Below, piece after piece: positions 19,578 to 28,370 of a stretch of DNA of 41,111 nucleotides. The notes beneath the pieces are model-generated. The model ran no database searches. It was given only the letters and a program-made list of their open reading frames with translations, and was not told the origin of the DNA. The translations under genes were made by a program, and so were the position numbers. The stretch is taken from positions 1-41,111 of the IMG/VR virus record IMGVR_UViG_2724679059_000002. One strand, 5' to 3'. How positions within the stretch are numbered: the first letter of the stretch is position 1; every line of letters starts with the position of its first letter. This DNA is from a virus. Taxonomy: Duplodnaviria; Heunggongvirae; Uroviricota; Caudoviricetes.

Positions 19578-19922
19578 TTACACGCCCAGTTCTTTACGCT
19601 TATCTGCGATCTTCTCGCGGAGCGTTTCGGCTTTAGCGTTATGGTGTGGCTTCTCGTTAAAGAGCAATTCGTACTCTTCACGGAGCTTATCCAGTTCACC
19701 ATCATCTGACACATCGTTGATGATTTTGGTGCTGGTTGCTGCCATAGACACCTTTCCTGCTACCTTTGCTTTTGCCTGTCTGGCTGCATCGTTAACAGGT
19801 TCCAGTGCGCTACCAGGCTCACCTTCGTATTCGATTTCTGCCCCCTCCGGCCACAGTGTGTTATGGATATGAGAGAGGCGCAGAACGCGGTATCTTGGTT
19901 TCTCACCTGACATCGATATCAC
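19578..19922 (-). CDS. Hypothetical structural-module protein
   Basis: 114-aa ORF in operon context. Confidence 0.4.
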   Translation of the reverse strand: MISMSGEKPRYRVLRLSHIHNTLWPEGAEIEYEGEPGSALEPVNDAARQAKAKVAGKVSMAATSTKIINDVSDDGELDKLREEYELLFNEKPHHNAKAETLREKIADKRKELGV

Positions 19923-19923
19923 C

Positions 19924-20361
19924 TTAACCAGTTACTTTTGAGCGGATCGGGTACGGCGTATTGGCATCAACATCCAGACTGATACCCGCAGTGAATTTGC
20001 CGGCCGTTAGTGGGCCAGTTGCGACGGAGTAGTTAACACGCAGATATCGCTGAACACCGGCTGGCACCTTTGCAGAAACAACTCGCTTACCTGCTGTCAG
20101 GGTGGCCTTTGCCAACGCACCACTATCATAAATAGTGGTCCAAGAGCTGTTATTCTCACTCGTCTGCAACTGGATGTTTACAGTTGCCTCACCACTTGCC
20201 GTGGCGGCTTCGTTAACCAGCACCCAAAACTCAAGCGGGTAACCCACACCGATATCGCGACGGTTTCCATCAATTGGACCGAGATCGATTACGTCAGTAG
20301 AAGCCGCGGTATTCGTAACCGCCTGAGCTTCGGAGAACATCAACAGTTTGTCGGTGATCAT
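19924..20361 (-). CDS. Hypothetical protein, possible capsid decoration/minor capsid protein
   Basis: 145 aa directly downstream of the major capsid gene; Thr/Ala/Val-rich, beta-rich-looking. Confidence 0.4.
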   Translation of the reverse strand: MITDKLLMFSEAQAVTNTAASTDVIDLGPIDGNRRDIGVGYPLEFWVLVNEAATASGEATVNIQLQTSENNSSWTTIYDSGALAKATLTAGKRVVSAKVPAGVQRYLRVNYSVATGPLTAGKFTAGISLDVDANTPYPIRSKVTG

Positions 20362-20412
20362 CTTCTTTCTCCATTAGTGGGTCTGTTACGACCCACAGGT
20401 TAATAACAGGCG

Positions 20413-21405
20413 TTACACCACGCGGGCTTCTGTTTCCAGAAGCGCATCAGTTTCACGGATTGGTACACCACGGAATGAAGTCCACCACTCGCCTTCTGTC
20501 TCTTTTACGCTGATCGCCAGAGATGTTTTCTCCAGAGATTGCAGATCAAGAGCCTGGCCTACAGTGCGGTTCATGTAGAACACCGGGCGACCCATGCCAC
20601 GATTTGGAATGCGATGCAGTGCTTTAACCATCAACTTCGCAATATTTGCGGCAGAGGAAGGTTCTGAAAGATTTCTGACATCGATGTTTGCAATGCGAAC
20701 AACATAACGCCAGTCACGCAGAGCAAGTCCGTTGTCCCATTTGTAATGGGTACGGTAGCCTTCGTACTTGCCGCCATTCGCATCTTCCAGTGTCACCTGG
20801 CCTTTATCTTCCATCTGGATGCCAGCCTTCTGCCCTTTCGGGAAGATGCCATGCACGGTGTTTTCGCCCCACACCACTAACCAGATTGAGGTGTTATCTG
20901 TACCCGTGCCACCAGCATCAATGATGTTCTGAGCATTACCCGCAGACAGGCTGGAATAGCGGGAGGACAGTCCCATAAACTGCTGAGGGTTAACGCTGGA
21001 ATCACCATAAAACAGTGTCTGCGCCATCTGCTGATTCATCGCTTCAATAAATGCGCGGTCTTCAGACAGGCGGAATTCGGCGGTATTACCGTTCAGATCA
21101 GCCAGTGACTTATCGACTTCAGCATAGGTTTCCAGCATGCCAACGGAATCGGTGACCTGCACTGTGGTTGATTTGCTTGGCTGTACACCATAGTTCAGCA
21201 AACGCCAGGTAGCTGAAGGTAAACCAGAACGAATGGTGGTTCGGTGTCCGGTAGGAAGGTTCCCTTCGACAAAAGGCATATCCTGAAGGATCGGGTTAGT
21301 TTGACCGAGAAGCTCGATAATCTTATCGACTTTCCCGTTTGGATCGACGCGCTTACCCCAGTCAGCCAGCGTTAGCGCAGTTAAGCCTTTAACAGCCATT
21401 GTCAT
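20413..21405 (-). CDS. Major capsid protein
   Basis: 330 aa directly after the scaffold gene; size and position match the podovirus portal-scaffold-capsid order. Confidence 0.6.
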   Translation of the reverse strand: MTMAVKGLTALTLADWGKRVDPNGKVDKIIELLGQTNPILQDMPFVEGNLPTGHRTTIRSGLPSATWRLLNYGVQPSKSTTVQVTDSVGMLETYAEVDKSLADLNGNTAEFRLSEDRAFIEAMNQQMAQTLFYGDSSVNPQQFMGLSSRYSSLSAGNAQNIIDAGGTGTDNTSIWLVVWGENTVHGIFPKGQKAGIQMEDKGQVTLEDANGGKYEGYRTHYKWDNGLALRDWRYVVRIANIDVRNLSEPSSAANIAKLMVKALHRIPNRGMGRPVFYMNRTVGQALDLQSLEKTSLAISVKETEGEWWTSFRGVPIRETDALLETEARVV

Positions 21406-21413
21406 TTCCTCTC

Positions 21414-22115
21414 TTATTTGCCATAGAGCACTTCGGCCGCACTACGCTGGCCTTCATTACCACCGGTGACCATGCCATCTTCAGACATCGCCTTTCCGAT
21501 TTTCACGAACGTTTTGACCAGATCAGGGTGATTACCCAGCCCGGTGGTGTTCAGATATTCTTTGAGTTCAGGTGTCCCGAACTGGTCAAGCGCACGCTGT
21601 GCGGCGCTAAGGTTAGAAATCAACTTGTCGCCACCGATTTCTTTGTCAGCTTTTACATCAGCAGCCCACTGCTCGGTTGTTTTCTGCCAGGCTTCTGCCT
21701 GGCGCTGCTGCACACCTGCCAGAATCTTCGGATAAGCATCAACCAGCTTTTGCGCTTGCTCGTTGGTCAGGTTAAGTTCTCGCGCCACCGGCTCGAATTC
21801 CTTCAACGCTTCTGTATCCAGCTCTACGCCTTCGGCAGCCTGAAACTCGTACTTCTCAGGCGCACCCTCTGGTTTATCGCCGTCCTTTTTTTCATCCTGC
21901 TTATCGTTTTCAGGCTTTTTGTCATCAGCAGGTTTATCGCCATCAGCAACAGGTTGTGGCTTATCACCTTCCGATTGTGATGGATCACCAACTGGAGCAG
22001 GGTTATCACCTGCAGGCGCTGACGGTTCTGACGCAGCCGGAGCTGCTCCACCATCGACTGGTTGCTCATTGCAAAGACGGCGATACAGCAAACGCTCAAA
22101 TAAATTCATGATCAC
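21414..22115 (-). CDS. Scaffolding protein
   Basis: 233 aa, highly acidic and helical (DKPADDKKPENDKQDEKKDGDKPEG), between portal and capsid genes. Confidence 0.55.
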   Translation of the reverse strand: MIMNLFERLLYRRLCNEQPVDGGAAPAASEPSAPAGDNPAPVGDPSQSEGDKPQPVADGDKPADDKKPENDKQDEKKDGDKPEGAPEKYEFQAAEGVELDTEALKEFEPVARELNLTNEQAQKLVDAYPKILAGVQQRQAEAWQKTTEQWAADVKADKEIGGDKLISNLSAAQRALDQFGTPELKEYLNTTGLGNHPDLVKTFVKIGKAMSEDGMVTGGNEGQRSAAEVLYGK

Positions 22116-22408
22116 TCCTGTTCACTGGCCTCTTTGGCCATCTTCAAATACTGTTCAGGGCAATGCGCCATAACGCGCTGAAACAGTTCCAGCGCCAGAT
22201 TGCGTTGCCCCTCATTAAATGCCATTGCCATAGCGTCCATCGGTGAGATAGCGGAAAACACACGGCCTTTCTCCAGCACCGACCAGACAACGCGACGCCC
22301 CTGTTCACTGCTCATGACAAAGCGAATGTCATCAATTTCACGCTGTGCCATGTCACGTTGCTTACGGGCGTTTTCTTCTTTCAGTTGATCATCTTCGTAA
22401 TCTGTCAT
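22112..22408 (-). CDS. Hypothetical small protein between portal and scaffold
   Basis: 98-aa ORF with coupled stop/start to neighbours. Confidence 0.4.
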   Translation of the reverse strand: MTDYEDDQLKEENARKQRDMAQREIDDIRFVMSSEQGRRVVWSVLEKGRVFSAISPMDAMAMAFNEGQRNLALELFQRVMAHCPEQYLKMAKEASEQE

Positions 22409-23043
22409 TGTGATTGCCCACCCTGACCACTAACTGCATTCGCCATAGCTGACAAAACACTCGGATCCGAAGTTTTAGCTTCGCTTAGCGTCTTGGCGCC
22501 CTGTGCCGCCGCCATTCCCATCGCCATCATTTGTTGCTGCTGTTGCTGCTGTGCCCGTTGCTGGCGAGCCTGCTCAACCTGTTCCTGCGGAACAATGACG
22601 GTTGGAGACACTCCGGACATATCAGCGAATGCATCGATCGCCTGATCAACGTTGAGTTTGTCGAGAGCTTCTGGTTTCGCTTGCGCAAGTTGACCAATGA
22701 AGTTGACCGTAGACGCCAGACTGGACAGGCCGATAGACTTCTGCGCCTGAGCCATGACGGAAATGTATTCGACCTTCAGGGGCATACCTTCCATCGCGTC
22801 AGGCGGTGGCGGCAGCATGTTTTTACGCACCATCATCGAGAAAGCGCGGTCAATGAGAGGATTAAGACATTCGTCGTTCAGACGCTCCAGAACCGGCCCC
22901 AACATCAGAAGTTTTTCTTCTTTCATTTCGATCACCGCTTCAACAGGCATCGAGCGGGTATTGATGTTCTGCAACATCATGAACAGATCGACAAAGTAGG
23001 CGCTGTTAATGATTTGACGAGTGTCCTGAATGTCTGCCACCAA
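22405..23043 (-). CDS. Portal (head-tail connector) protein, C-terminal part after apparent frameshift
   Basis: C-terminus QQRAQQQQQQQMMAMGMAAAQGA resembles the T7 gp8 C-terminus; this frame stays open upstream past 23043, so the gene appears interrupted by a 1-nt frame change near 23070-23110. Confidence 0.55.
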   Translation of the reverse strand: MVADIQDTRQIINSAYFVDLFMMLQNINTRSMPVEAVIEMKEEKLLMLGPVLERLNDECLNPLIDRAFSMMVRKNMLPPPPDAMEGMPLKVEYISVMAQAQKSIGLSSLASTVNFIGQLAQAKPEALDKLNVDQAIDAFADMSGVSPTVIVPQEQVEQARQQRAQQQQQQQMMAMGMAAAQGAKTLSEAKTSDPSVLSAMANAVSGQGGQSQ

Positions 23044-24083
23044 ATCTGCTGTACTGGGGTTAACCAGATAAGCAGGCCTGAAGCCATCCTGACCAGTATC
23101 TGATCGATATACGTGATGTCGCCAGGAAGAAGGGAGGCGCGCTGATTCTTGAGGGAAGTCGGAGCAACCATCGGCGGATTGGTGGCTTTATCAATCAACT
23201 GCGACTTGCGCTTCTGGAGAAGCTGCAATGCCTTAACAGGTCCAAGCGCCAGCATACCAGGGCATGATGATCCATAAACATCTTCGCCGTTAACTTCCCA
23301 GCGCGGAGCCATAATTGGAAACTCATCGAATCCGGACTCACGCAACAACTTGTCGTTATCGCCACCAACCTCGTAATAAACCGATTTGAATGGCTTGTTC
23401 TTGCTATCCAGCTTCGATGTATCGCGGTCAATGTTCGGGTAAACCGAATGCATCACTTCAATCCACTTCTCGTAGGTGCCGCTTTCCCACATGCTTTTTA
23501 CGGATTCGCTGACGTTATTTAGCCCGAACTCCTGAACAAGCTGACGAACAGTCATAGAGAACTTGCGAAAACAGGTGTCCACACTGCCACGAGGTGAGTT
23601 AGCCAGGTAGTAACTGCCTATCGGGAATGGCATTGTGCGAATGATGTCCTCGTCATCCTCCAGCACTGCCATTGCACCAGTGCTGTATGTGCCGAGGCTT
23701 CCGTATAACTGCGGCAGCGACTGGTAGAGATTCGACTTATTGAACATATCGTTCATGCGGTTCTGCACCGCCTCAAGCCACAACTTAACAGGGCCATAAT
23801 CCATCATTTCAGGATCTGGCGTAGCCAGGCGAAACCACGGACGCGCGGGGCTTGTGATGCCTGACATCATGCCGCTGGCGAGAGTGCGCGCCGCCATAGT
23901 CCCGGTCGAATCAATAATGCGTGTATTGCGCCGATCGTTACGGTTGACCTCAGAAGTCAGAAAGCGGGAACCACGCGGGTTGATGTAATCACTCAACTCG
24001 CGCCAGTGCGGCTCGAACGACTGACGCTCGCTTTCAAGTTGTGCGAACTGTTTGTTCAATCGCTCTTTGGTTGTTTCCGCCAT
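22977..24083 (-). CDS. Portal (head-tail connector) protein, N-terminal part
   Basis: 368-aa ORF with RBS ggag; immediately follows terminase (across the tRNA/moron insert); joined with 22405..23043 gives ~560 aa, typical T7-type portal size. Confidence 0.6.
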   Translation of the reverse strand: MAETTKERLNKQFAQLESERQSFEPHWRELSDYINPRGSRFLTSEVNRNDRRNTRIIDSTGTMAARTLASGMMSGITSPARPWFRLATPDPEMMDYGPVKLWLEAVQNRMNDMFNKSNLYQSLPQLYGSLGTYSTGAMAVLEDDEDIIRTMPFPIGSYYLANSPRGSVDTCFRKFSMTVRQLVQEFGLNNVSESVKSMWESGTYEKWIEVMHSVYPNIDRDTSKLDSKNKPFKSVYYEVGGDNDKLLRESGFDEFPIMAPRWEVNGEDVYGSSCPGMLALGPVKALQLLQKRKSQLIDKATNPPMVAPTSLKNQRASLLPGDITYIDQILVRMASGLLIWLTPVQQIWWQTFRTLVKSLTAPTLSICS

Positions 24084-24097
24084 TTCAATGACTCCGG

Positions 24098-24304
24098 TTA
24101 CTGACCAAGTAGCGTTTTACCGCTGGTATTAGCGGTTGATGTGTCGCCCTGAGAACCGGTAAGCAGCGTAGAACTACGACCAGCAGCAGCGCGACGGCGA
24201 CGAGTTTCTTCGTCGCGGGCATCAACAACGGCGGCATCCTGCTCCTGTGGTGCTGCCTGAACTTCTGGTGTTGCAGGCACTGACGGTGAGCTACCCATGC
24301 ACAT
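24098..24304 (-). CDS. Small hypothetical protein upstream of portal
   Basis: 68 aa, RBS ggag, stop overlaps the portal start region. Confidence 0.35.
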   Translation of the reverse strand: MCMGSSPSVPATPEVQAAPQEQDAAVVDARDEETRRRRAAAGRSSTLLTGSQGDTSTANTSGKTLLGQ

Positions 24305-24372
24305 ATCAATGACTCCGTACGCAATTAAATTATTACCAATTTAACCATATATGATTTATTTATCGTAGATAG

Positions 24373-24409
24373 TTGACATTTAACGCACAAATTATTACCT
24401 TTCAGGTAA
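24373..24409 (+). promoter_or_regulatory. Candidate promoter (TTGACA -35) with overlapping operator TTACC-TTTCA-GGTAA, directed toward the tRNA and moron
   Basis: Perfect TTGACA at 24373-24378; operator at 24395-24409; same architecture as the promoter at 36105-36147 and sequence similarity to 5285-5350. Confidence 0.4.
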
Positions 24410-24731
24410 CCAAAGAGTTCATTCCGGTTACTAACCTGACTGGCTTGTCGTTAAATTGAACAGGTGGAGTGAGCTTTTATTTTGAGCAGTACGGCGTATG
24501 GCACATGCTACGATAGCGGTCTGGATACGTTTAAGGGGCACCCTCCCTTGCTCGGGCAAACGAACCAGGTAGCCGGAATGTGCAAGTCGAGCGGTTTTAT
24601 TCCGCGCACGGGGATTCACCATCCCGGCGATTCGGTGTGACGCCTCGGAAGAGACGAGGGTACAACGATGAGAGCATTTATGGAGCCGCGACAAAGTGTG
24701 GCGCCTTAACAGGCTAAGTGCTCTCAGCGTT

Positions 24732-24808
24732 GTGGCATTAGCTCAGTTGGACAGAGCAACCGCCTTCTAAGCGGTTGGTCGCAGGTTCGAATCCTGCATG
24801 CCACGCCA
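24732..24808 (+). tRNA. tRNA-Arg (anticodon UCU), phage-encoded
   Basis: Full cloverleaf: acceptor GUGGCAU/AUGCCAC, D-arm gctc-agttggaca-gagc, anticodon stem accgc/gcggt with loop cuUCUaa, T-arm gcagg-ttcgaat-cctgc, discriminator G and encoded CCA; close to E. coli argU in the arms. Confidence 0.9.
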
Positions 24809-24851
24809 GAATCACGCCTAAGGACCGTGATGCCAGAAGTTCCAGGCGCTT

Positions 24852-24893
24852 GGCGGTGATAGTTTCCCTTGAAGGACTATCACCGCCCTTTTT
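24852..24893 (+). terminator. Intrinsic terminator after the tRNA
   Basis: 12-bp stem ggcggtgatagt / actatcaccgcc followed by cttttt. Confidence 0.7.
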
Positions 24894-24923
24894 ACAGCAG
24901 GACGCCATTGCGATGACTTCATG

Positions 24924-24939
24924 CTGTAAACCCGTACAG
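24924..24939. promoter_or_regulatory. Weak LexA-box-like motif
   Basis: CTGT-aaacccgt-ACAG fits CTGT-N8-ACAG but the spacer is not AT-rich. Confidence 0.25.
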
Positions 24940-24971
24940 CCACGGAAGGCATAACTCATTGCTTCCAGTTC

Positions 24972-24994
24972 GCCCGGTTCGCCGGGCATTTTTT
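24972..24994 (+). terminator. Hairpin plus U-tract 12 nt upstream of the moron start (terminator or attenuator)
   Basis: gcccgg-ttcg-ccgggc followed by attttttaagg, then RBS aggtga and ATG at 25006. Confidence 0.45.
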
Positions 24995-25005
24995 AAGGTG
25001 AGATC

Positions 25006-25425
25006 ATGAAGACAATTGATATGTTGGCTAAGTATCTAAATGAATGGCCATTAAAATATTCTCGTATCGTTCAGGCTGAAGACTGCATTTTTTATGGCGT
25101 TTTTGCTGGTAATGAAATGCATTACGAAGTAATTCAGAGTGAGGGACTGGCCGGGTTAACTCTTAGCGAAGACCATGGTACTAGCGTTACGTTCCATGAC
25201 TGGATAACAGCACAACGTTCTGAAATGGAAAAAGGCGATGTTTTTGATATTTCTCGCGCTGTTTACGCTAAAGCAAAAAGTGATAATGATTACATGAGCG
25301 AACACTTATACAACATGAAGTTACAATGCCTGCATGCGGCGCTTATTCAGAATGGGCACTTCGATAAAACAAGTGCCATCAATATTGCGGAAGCCATCAA
25401 CGCTGGATTTAATGCCATTAAGTAA
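25006..25425 (+). CDS. Moron gene of unknown function (AT-rich, opposite strand to the flanking late genes)
   Basis: 139-aa ORF with RBS aggtga; between terminase and portal on the opposite strand; flanked by terminators on both sides; no recognisable domain by eye. Confidence 0.6.
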   Translation: MKTIDMLAKYLNEWPLKYSRIVQAEDCIFYGVFAGNEMHYEVIQSEGLAGLTLSEDHGTSVTFHDWITAQRSEMEKGDVFDISRAVYAKAKSDNDYMSEHLYNMKLQCLHAALIQNGHFDKTSAINIAEAINAGFNAIK

Positions 25426-25445
25426 CACCGTGACATGTCACAAAC

Positions 25446-25475
25446 AGCCAGCCGATGAGCTGGCTTTGTTTTATC
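25446..25475 (+). terminator. Intrinsic terminator after moron gene
   Basis: cagccagc-cgatga-gctggct hairpin followed by ttgtttta. Confidence 0.45.
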
Positions 25476-25515
25476 CTCATCAGAGGATATCAACGACATT
25501 ATCCCCACCAGCGGA

Positions 25516-26991
25516 TTAAGCATATGGATCGTAATCTGTGATGGCCTTGCCTTGCTGGTTCTGCTGCCCGGGAATTCGCAGACGCTTCGACACAGGGAAC
25601 GCAAACGTCAGCAGTAGCGCATCGCCTTTACCAGGAGAACGCCCAAGCCGCTCCTTGATATCTTCCTTCGGTTCGATAACGATTTTACCGTCCACTCGAA
25701 CTTTGTACTCTGCCGCAGACAGGTCGTCCGCTGTTTCCTGGTCATCCAGCATGCCGCCCAGCCTCAGCCATGTCTTGCATGAGTTGAACATCTCCCCACG
25801 CTTGTTGAGCATCTGCGGGTCAGTAGACGCGCCACCGAACGGAACAAGTTGCCATGTACGACCCCAGCCATCACCGATTGACTTCAGACCAGTTCCGTAA
25901 CCGAAGTCGATGAACACTGCGTCAGCCTGGTACCGGTCTTCAAAGTCAGCGATACGCTTCGCCATAATCAGATCGTCAGTGGTCTTGTTGCCAGTCCACA
26001 GCACCTTACTGTGCAGCCCCTGCCGCAGGTATATCACAGCGTCATCAACGCCGGAGTATGCCGGGTCAACGCCGATTATCACCGGAGCATGTGCAACCTG
26101 CGCAGCGGTTACCACCCGTTTCATTGCCTCGTCAGTAAGGCCGGTAGGGATAAACTGCAATTCAGATGCATCCGGGAATATGCCGCGCACACGGATTTTA
26201 ACGAAGTCGCTGTCTTCCCCGTAGTCATCAACCCATTTCTGCAACTGCTGTTTGTTAGTGCCTTCCACCGTCCGGCTGTCAATCTGCGCAGTTTTCCAGC
26301 GGTGTTTATATTTGCGGAAACATTCGCGAAAACGCCCGGTGTTACGTGTAGGGTTTCCGAACGCCACCCAGATAATCTCAGTGTCTTCGTCCGTAAGCGC
26401 ACCCTCAGCAACTTCCCACACCAGATCCGCAATGTTCGACGCTTCATCGAATACCACGATGATGCGTTTGCGCTCGTTGTGTAGTCCGGCGAATGCCTCA
26501 GTGTTGTGCTCAGACCAGGGTATTGCGTCAGCCCGCCACCGCTTGTCGTGCCCAGGGTCATTGCTGTACATCGCGGTAGCGGTACAGGTAAACCAGTCTT
26601 TCGTGATAGCAAGGTTCGACCACTTGATAATTTCCGGCCAGGTCTTCGTTCGTAGCTGGTTGTCGGTGTTGGCGGTCACCACGACCTTACAATCCTCGCA
26701 AGTGGACATGCCCCAGTTGATCAGCATTGAGATGAATGCGGATTTACCAATACCGTGACCAGAAGCGCGTGCCAACATAAGCGGCTGATAGCGCGTCTCT
26801 GGATTCTGCAGGTGATCACGTATCTCTCGGAACGCATCAGCCTGCCACTGACGTGGGCCGGTAGCATGTGCCAGTTCAGTCCCCTCTTCCCCCCACGGGA
26901 ACGCATAGAGGGCATAGCCAAGCGGATCGTGAGTGAACCCTGCAATATCCTCGATTAACTGCTCTTCAGGAGATAACGCTGTATCTGTCAC
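25516..26991 (-). CDS. Terminase large subunit
   Basis: 491 aa; Walker A-like GHGIGKS; acidic nuclease-type motifs in the C-terminal half; positioned between terS and portal. Confidence 0.8.
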   Translation of the reverse strand: MTDTALSPEEQLIEDIAGFTHDPLGYALYAFPWGEEGTELAHATGPRQWQADAFREIRDHLQNPETRYQPLMLARASGHGIGKSAFISMLINWGMSTCEDCKVVVTANTDNQLRTKTWPEIIKWSNLAITKDWFTCTATAMYSNDPGHDKRWRADAIPWSEHNTEAFAGLHNERKRIIVVFDEASNIADLVWEVAEGALTDEDTEIIWVAFGNPTRNTGRFRECFRKYKHRWKTAQIDSRTVEGTNKQQLQKWVDDYGEDSDFVKIRVRGIFPDASELQFIPTGLTDEAMKRVVTAAQVAHAPVIIGVDPAYSGVDDAVIYLRQGLHSKVLWTGNKTTDDLIMAKRIADFEDRYQADAVFIDFGYGTGLKSIGDGWGRTWQLVPFGGASTDPQMLNKRGEMFNSCKTWLRLGGMLDDQETADDLSAAEYKVRVDGKIVIEPKEDIKERLGRSPGKGDALLLTFAFPVSKRLRIPGQQNQQGKAITDYDPYA

Positions 26992-27584
26992 TGATTACCA
27001 TCCTGACGTTCTTTGAGTCGCTTCCTGGCTGCTGCTATGCGATCAGCAATTGTCACATTCACATTAACATCCAGGCGTTCTTTGAATGCGTTGACGTCGA
27101 CGTGCTTACCAATCAGTTCGAGGTTCTTCACCTTGTCAGGCCATTTAATTTTTTTGAGGATTGTCTCTATCGAATCCTCGTTCATGTTCATGATGGTCGA
27201 TGACAGATCAAAGCCGCTAAGCGTAGTGCGCCAGATTTTCGGCCACTCGCGGATTGGCTTAAGGCTCCCATCGTCGTTGAGGATGTCGATCACGTCCATC
27301 TGGTCGATCTCCACCAGGCGCATGAGAACGTAATCAGCACTGACGCGCATTCGTTTGTTGCGCTCCTCCATCAACTCGGCAATCCGTTTCTGAATGCGTT
27401 CATCGCGCATCATGACACTGGCTTTAACTGCCGCTGTATTTGGGGAGAATCCTGCGTTAATCGCAGCCTGAGTCTGATTTTCAGGCGTTTTGATGTATGA
27501 CTGGCAATAAGCCTCCTGCATTGCTGTTAGTGGCTTAAATTGCGTTGATTTGCGTTTATAGGTTTTAGGTTCAGCAGGCATCAT
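26988..27584 (-). CDS. Terminase small subunit (P27-family-like)
   Basis: Immediately upstream of and overlapping terL; start assigned to internal ATG-ATG at 27584 (track ORF begins at a TTG at 27662). Confidence 0.6.
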   Translation of the reverse strand: MMPAEPKTYKRKSTQFKPLTAMQEAYCQSYIKTPENQTQAAINAGFSPNTAAVKASVMMRDERIQKRIAELMEERNKRMRVSADYVLMRLVEIDQMDVIDILNDDGSLKPIREWPKIWRTTLSGFDLSSTIMNMNEDSIETILKKIKWPDKVKNLELIGKHVDVNAFKERLDVNVNVTIADRIAAARKRLKERQDGNQ

Positions 27585-27658
27585 AACCACCGTGGTAATA
27601 GTTACCGTTGTGGTAATAGTACCATGCAAAATAAAGCCGCCATAGTTGGCGGCAGTAT

Positions 27659-27871
27659 TCAAAGTCCATCAAATTCATCGTAAAAACTCTCGTCAAGATA
27701 CCCTTTCCATTTACCGCGAATGAAAATTACATCCTCGCCGCAAGGGTGCTGACTGTCGATAACTATATCCCTCCTGGCGCAACCATACTTATGCATGAGA
27801 AATTTAACCTCTTTCGGAAAATTAGCTGAGTTATCTCTCATATCTTCAAGGTCGTAGCGTATTTTTGGCAT
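27659..27871 (-). CDS. Hypothetical small protein upstream of terS
   Basis: Start set to ATG at 27871 (MPKIRYD...) with RBS gaaggtg; the palindrome GTGACATGTCAC lies immediately upstream. Confidence 0.4.
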   Translation of the reverse strand: MPKIRYDLEDMRDNSANFPKEVKFLMHKYGCARRDIVIDSQHPCGEDVIFIRGKWKGYLDESFYDEFDGL

Positions 27872-27888
27872 AACACCTTCGTGACATG

Positions 27889-28230
27889 TCACACTATTAA
27901 TTTCGTTTCATGCCAGCCTTTGGTCACCCAGCATTGCGAGTCACCATTACACGGGCATGAATTAACTGGAACTCTCTCGCCGCACTTACCGCAACGTTTT
28001 CTGCTGATCGATTTTATACGCCCGCGCACCCGGGCATCATCCTGGCGGATCAGCAGCGCGATGTACTCGGCCATTTCATAGGGATCTCGACCAGGGCGCC
28101 GGGCGGCGCAGTTACGCTCCAGCATTTCAATTTCCTGAGCATCAAGCACAATCTCCAGCTTACGCACACCAGATGCAGCTTGTCTGGCTCTCTGAGCGGC
28201 TTTGCGCTCTGCTGCTGATTTAGCCATCAA
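27889..28230 (-). CDS. Hypothetical protein with C-terminal Cys cluster (possible zinc-binding regulator)
   Basis: 113 aa; C-terminus CGKCGERVPVNSCPCNGDSQC; basic, helical N-terminus. Confidence 0.4.
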   Translation of the reverse strand: MMAKSAAERKAAQRARQAASGVRKLEIVLDAQEIEMLERNCAARRPGRDPYEMAEYIALLIRQDDARVRGRIKSISRKRCGKCGERVPVNSCPCNGDSQCWVTKGWHETKLIV

Positions 28231-28370
28231 TATTTACCTTTATCGCGTATACCTTTACCGGTTTATCGCCGAAGTGGGGATGTGTGATTGTCTTTGCTTC
28301 GTGCATTTGTCGCACTTTCGGCACCATCCAGATAGGCACATCCGTCCGCAATTAACACATATAGGCCACA

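Noticed and set aside
22531-23103. 190-aa plus-strand ORF opposite the portal gene
   Set aside because: Shadow ORF; its repetitive LLLLL / HHH content mirrors the portal's Gln-rich tail on the other strand.
24585-24600. gtgcaagtcgagcgg, reminiscent of the 5' region of 16S rRNA
   Set aside because: Only a ~15-nt resemblance with no flanking rRNA context; treated as coincidence.
24431-24694. 87-aa minus-strand ORF between portal and tRNA
   Set aside because: No RBS, lies in the leader region upstream of the tRNA, and its composition looks like structured non-coding sequence rather than coding.
26011-26758. Plus-strand ORFs (157 and 168 aa) inside the terminase large subunit gene
   Set aside because: Antisense to a confidently identified terL; no start context.
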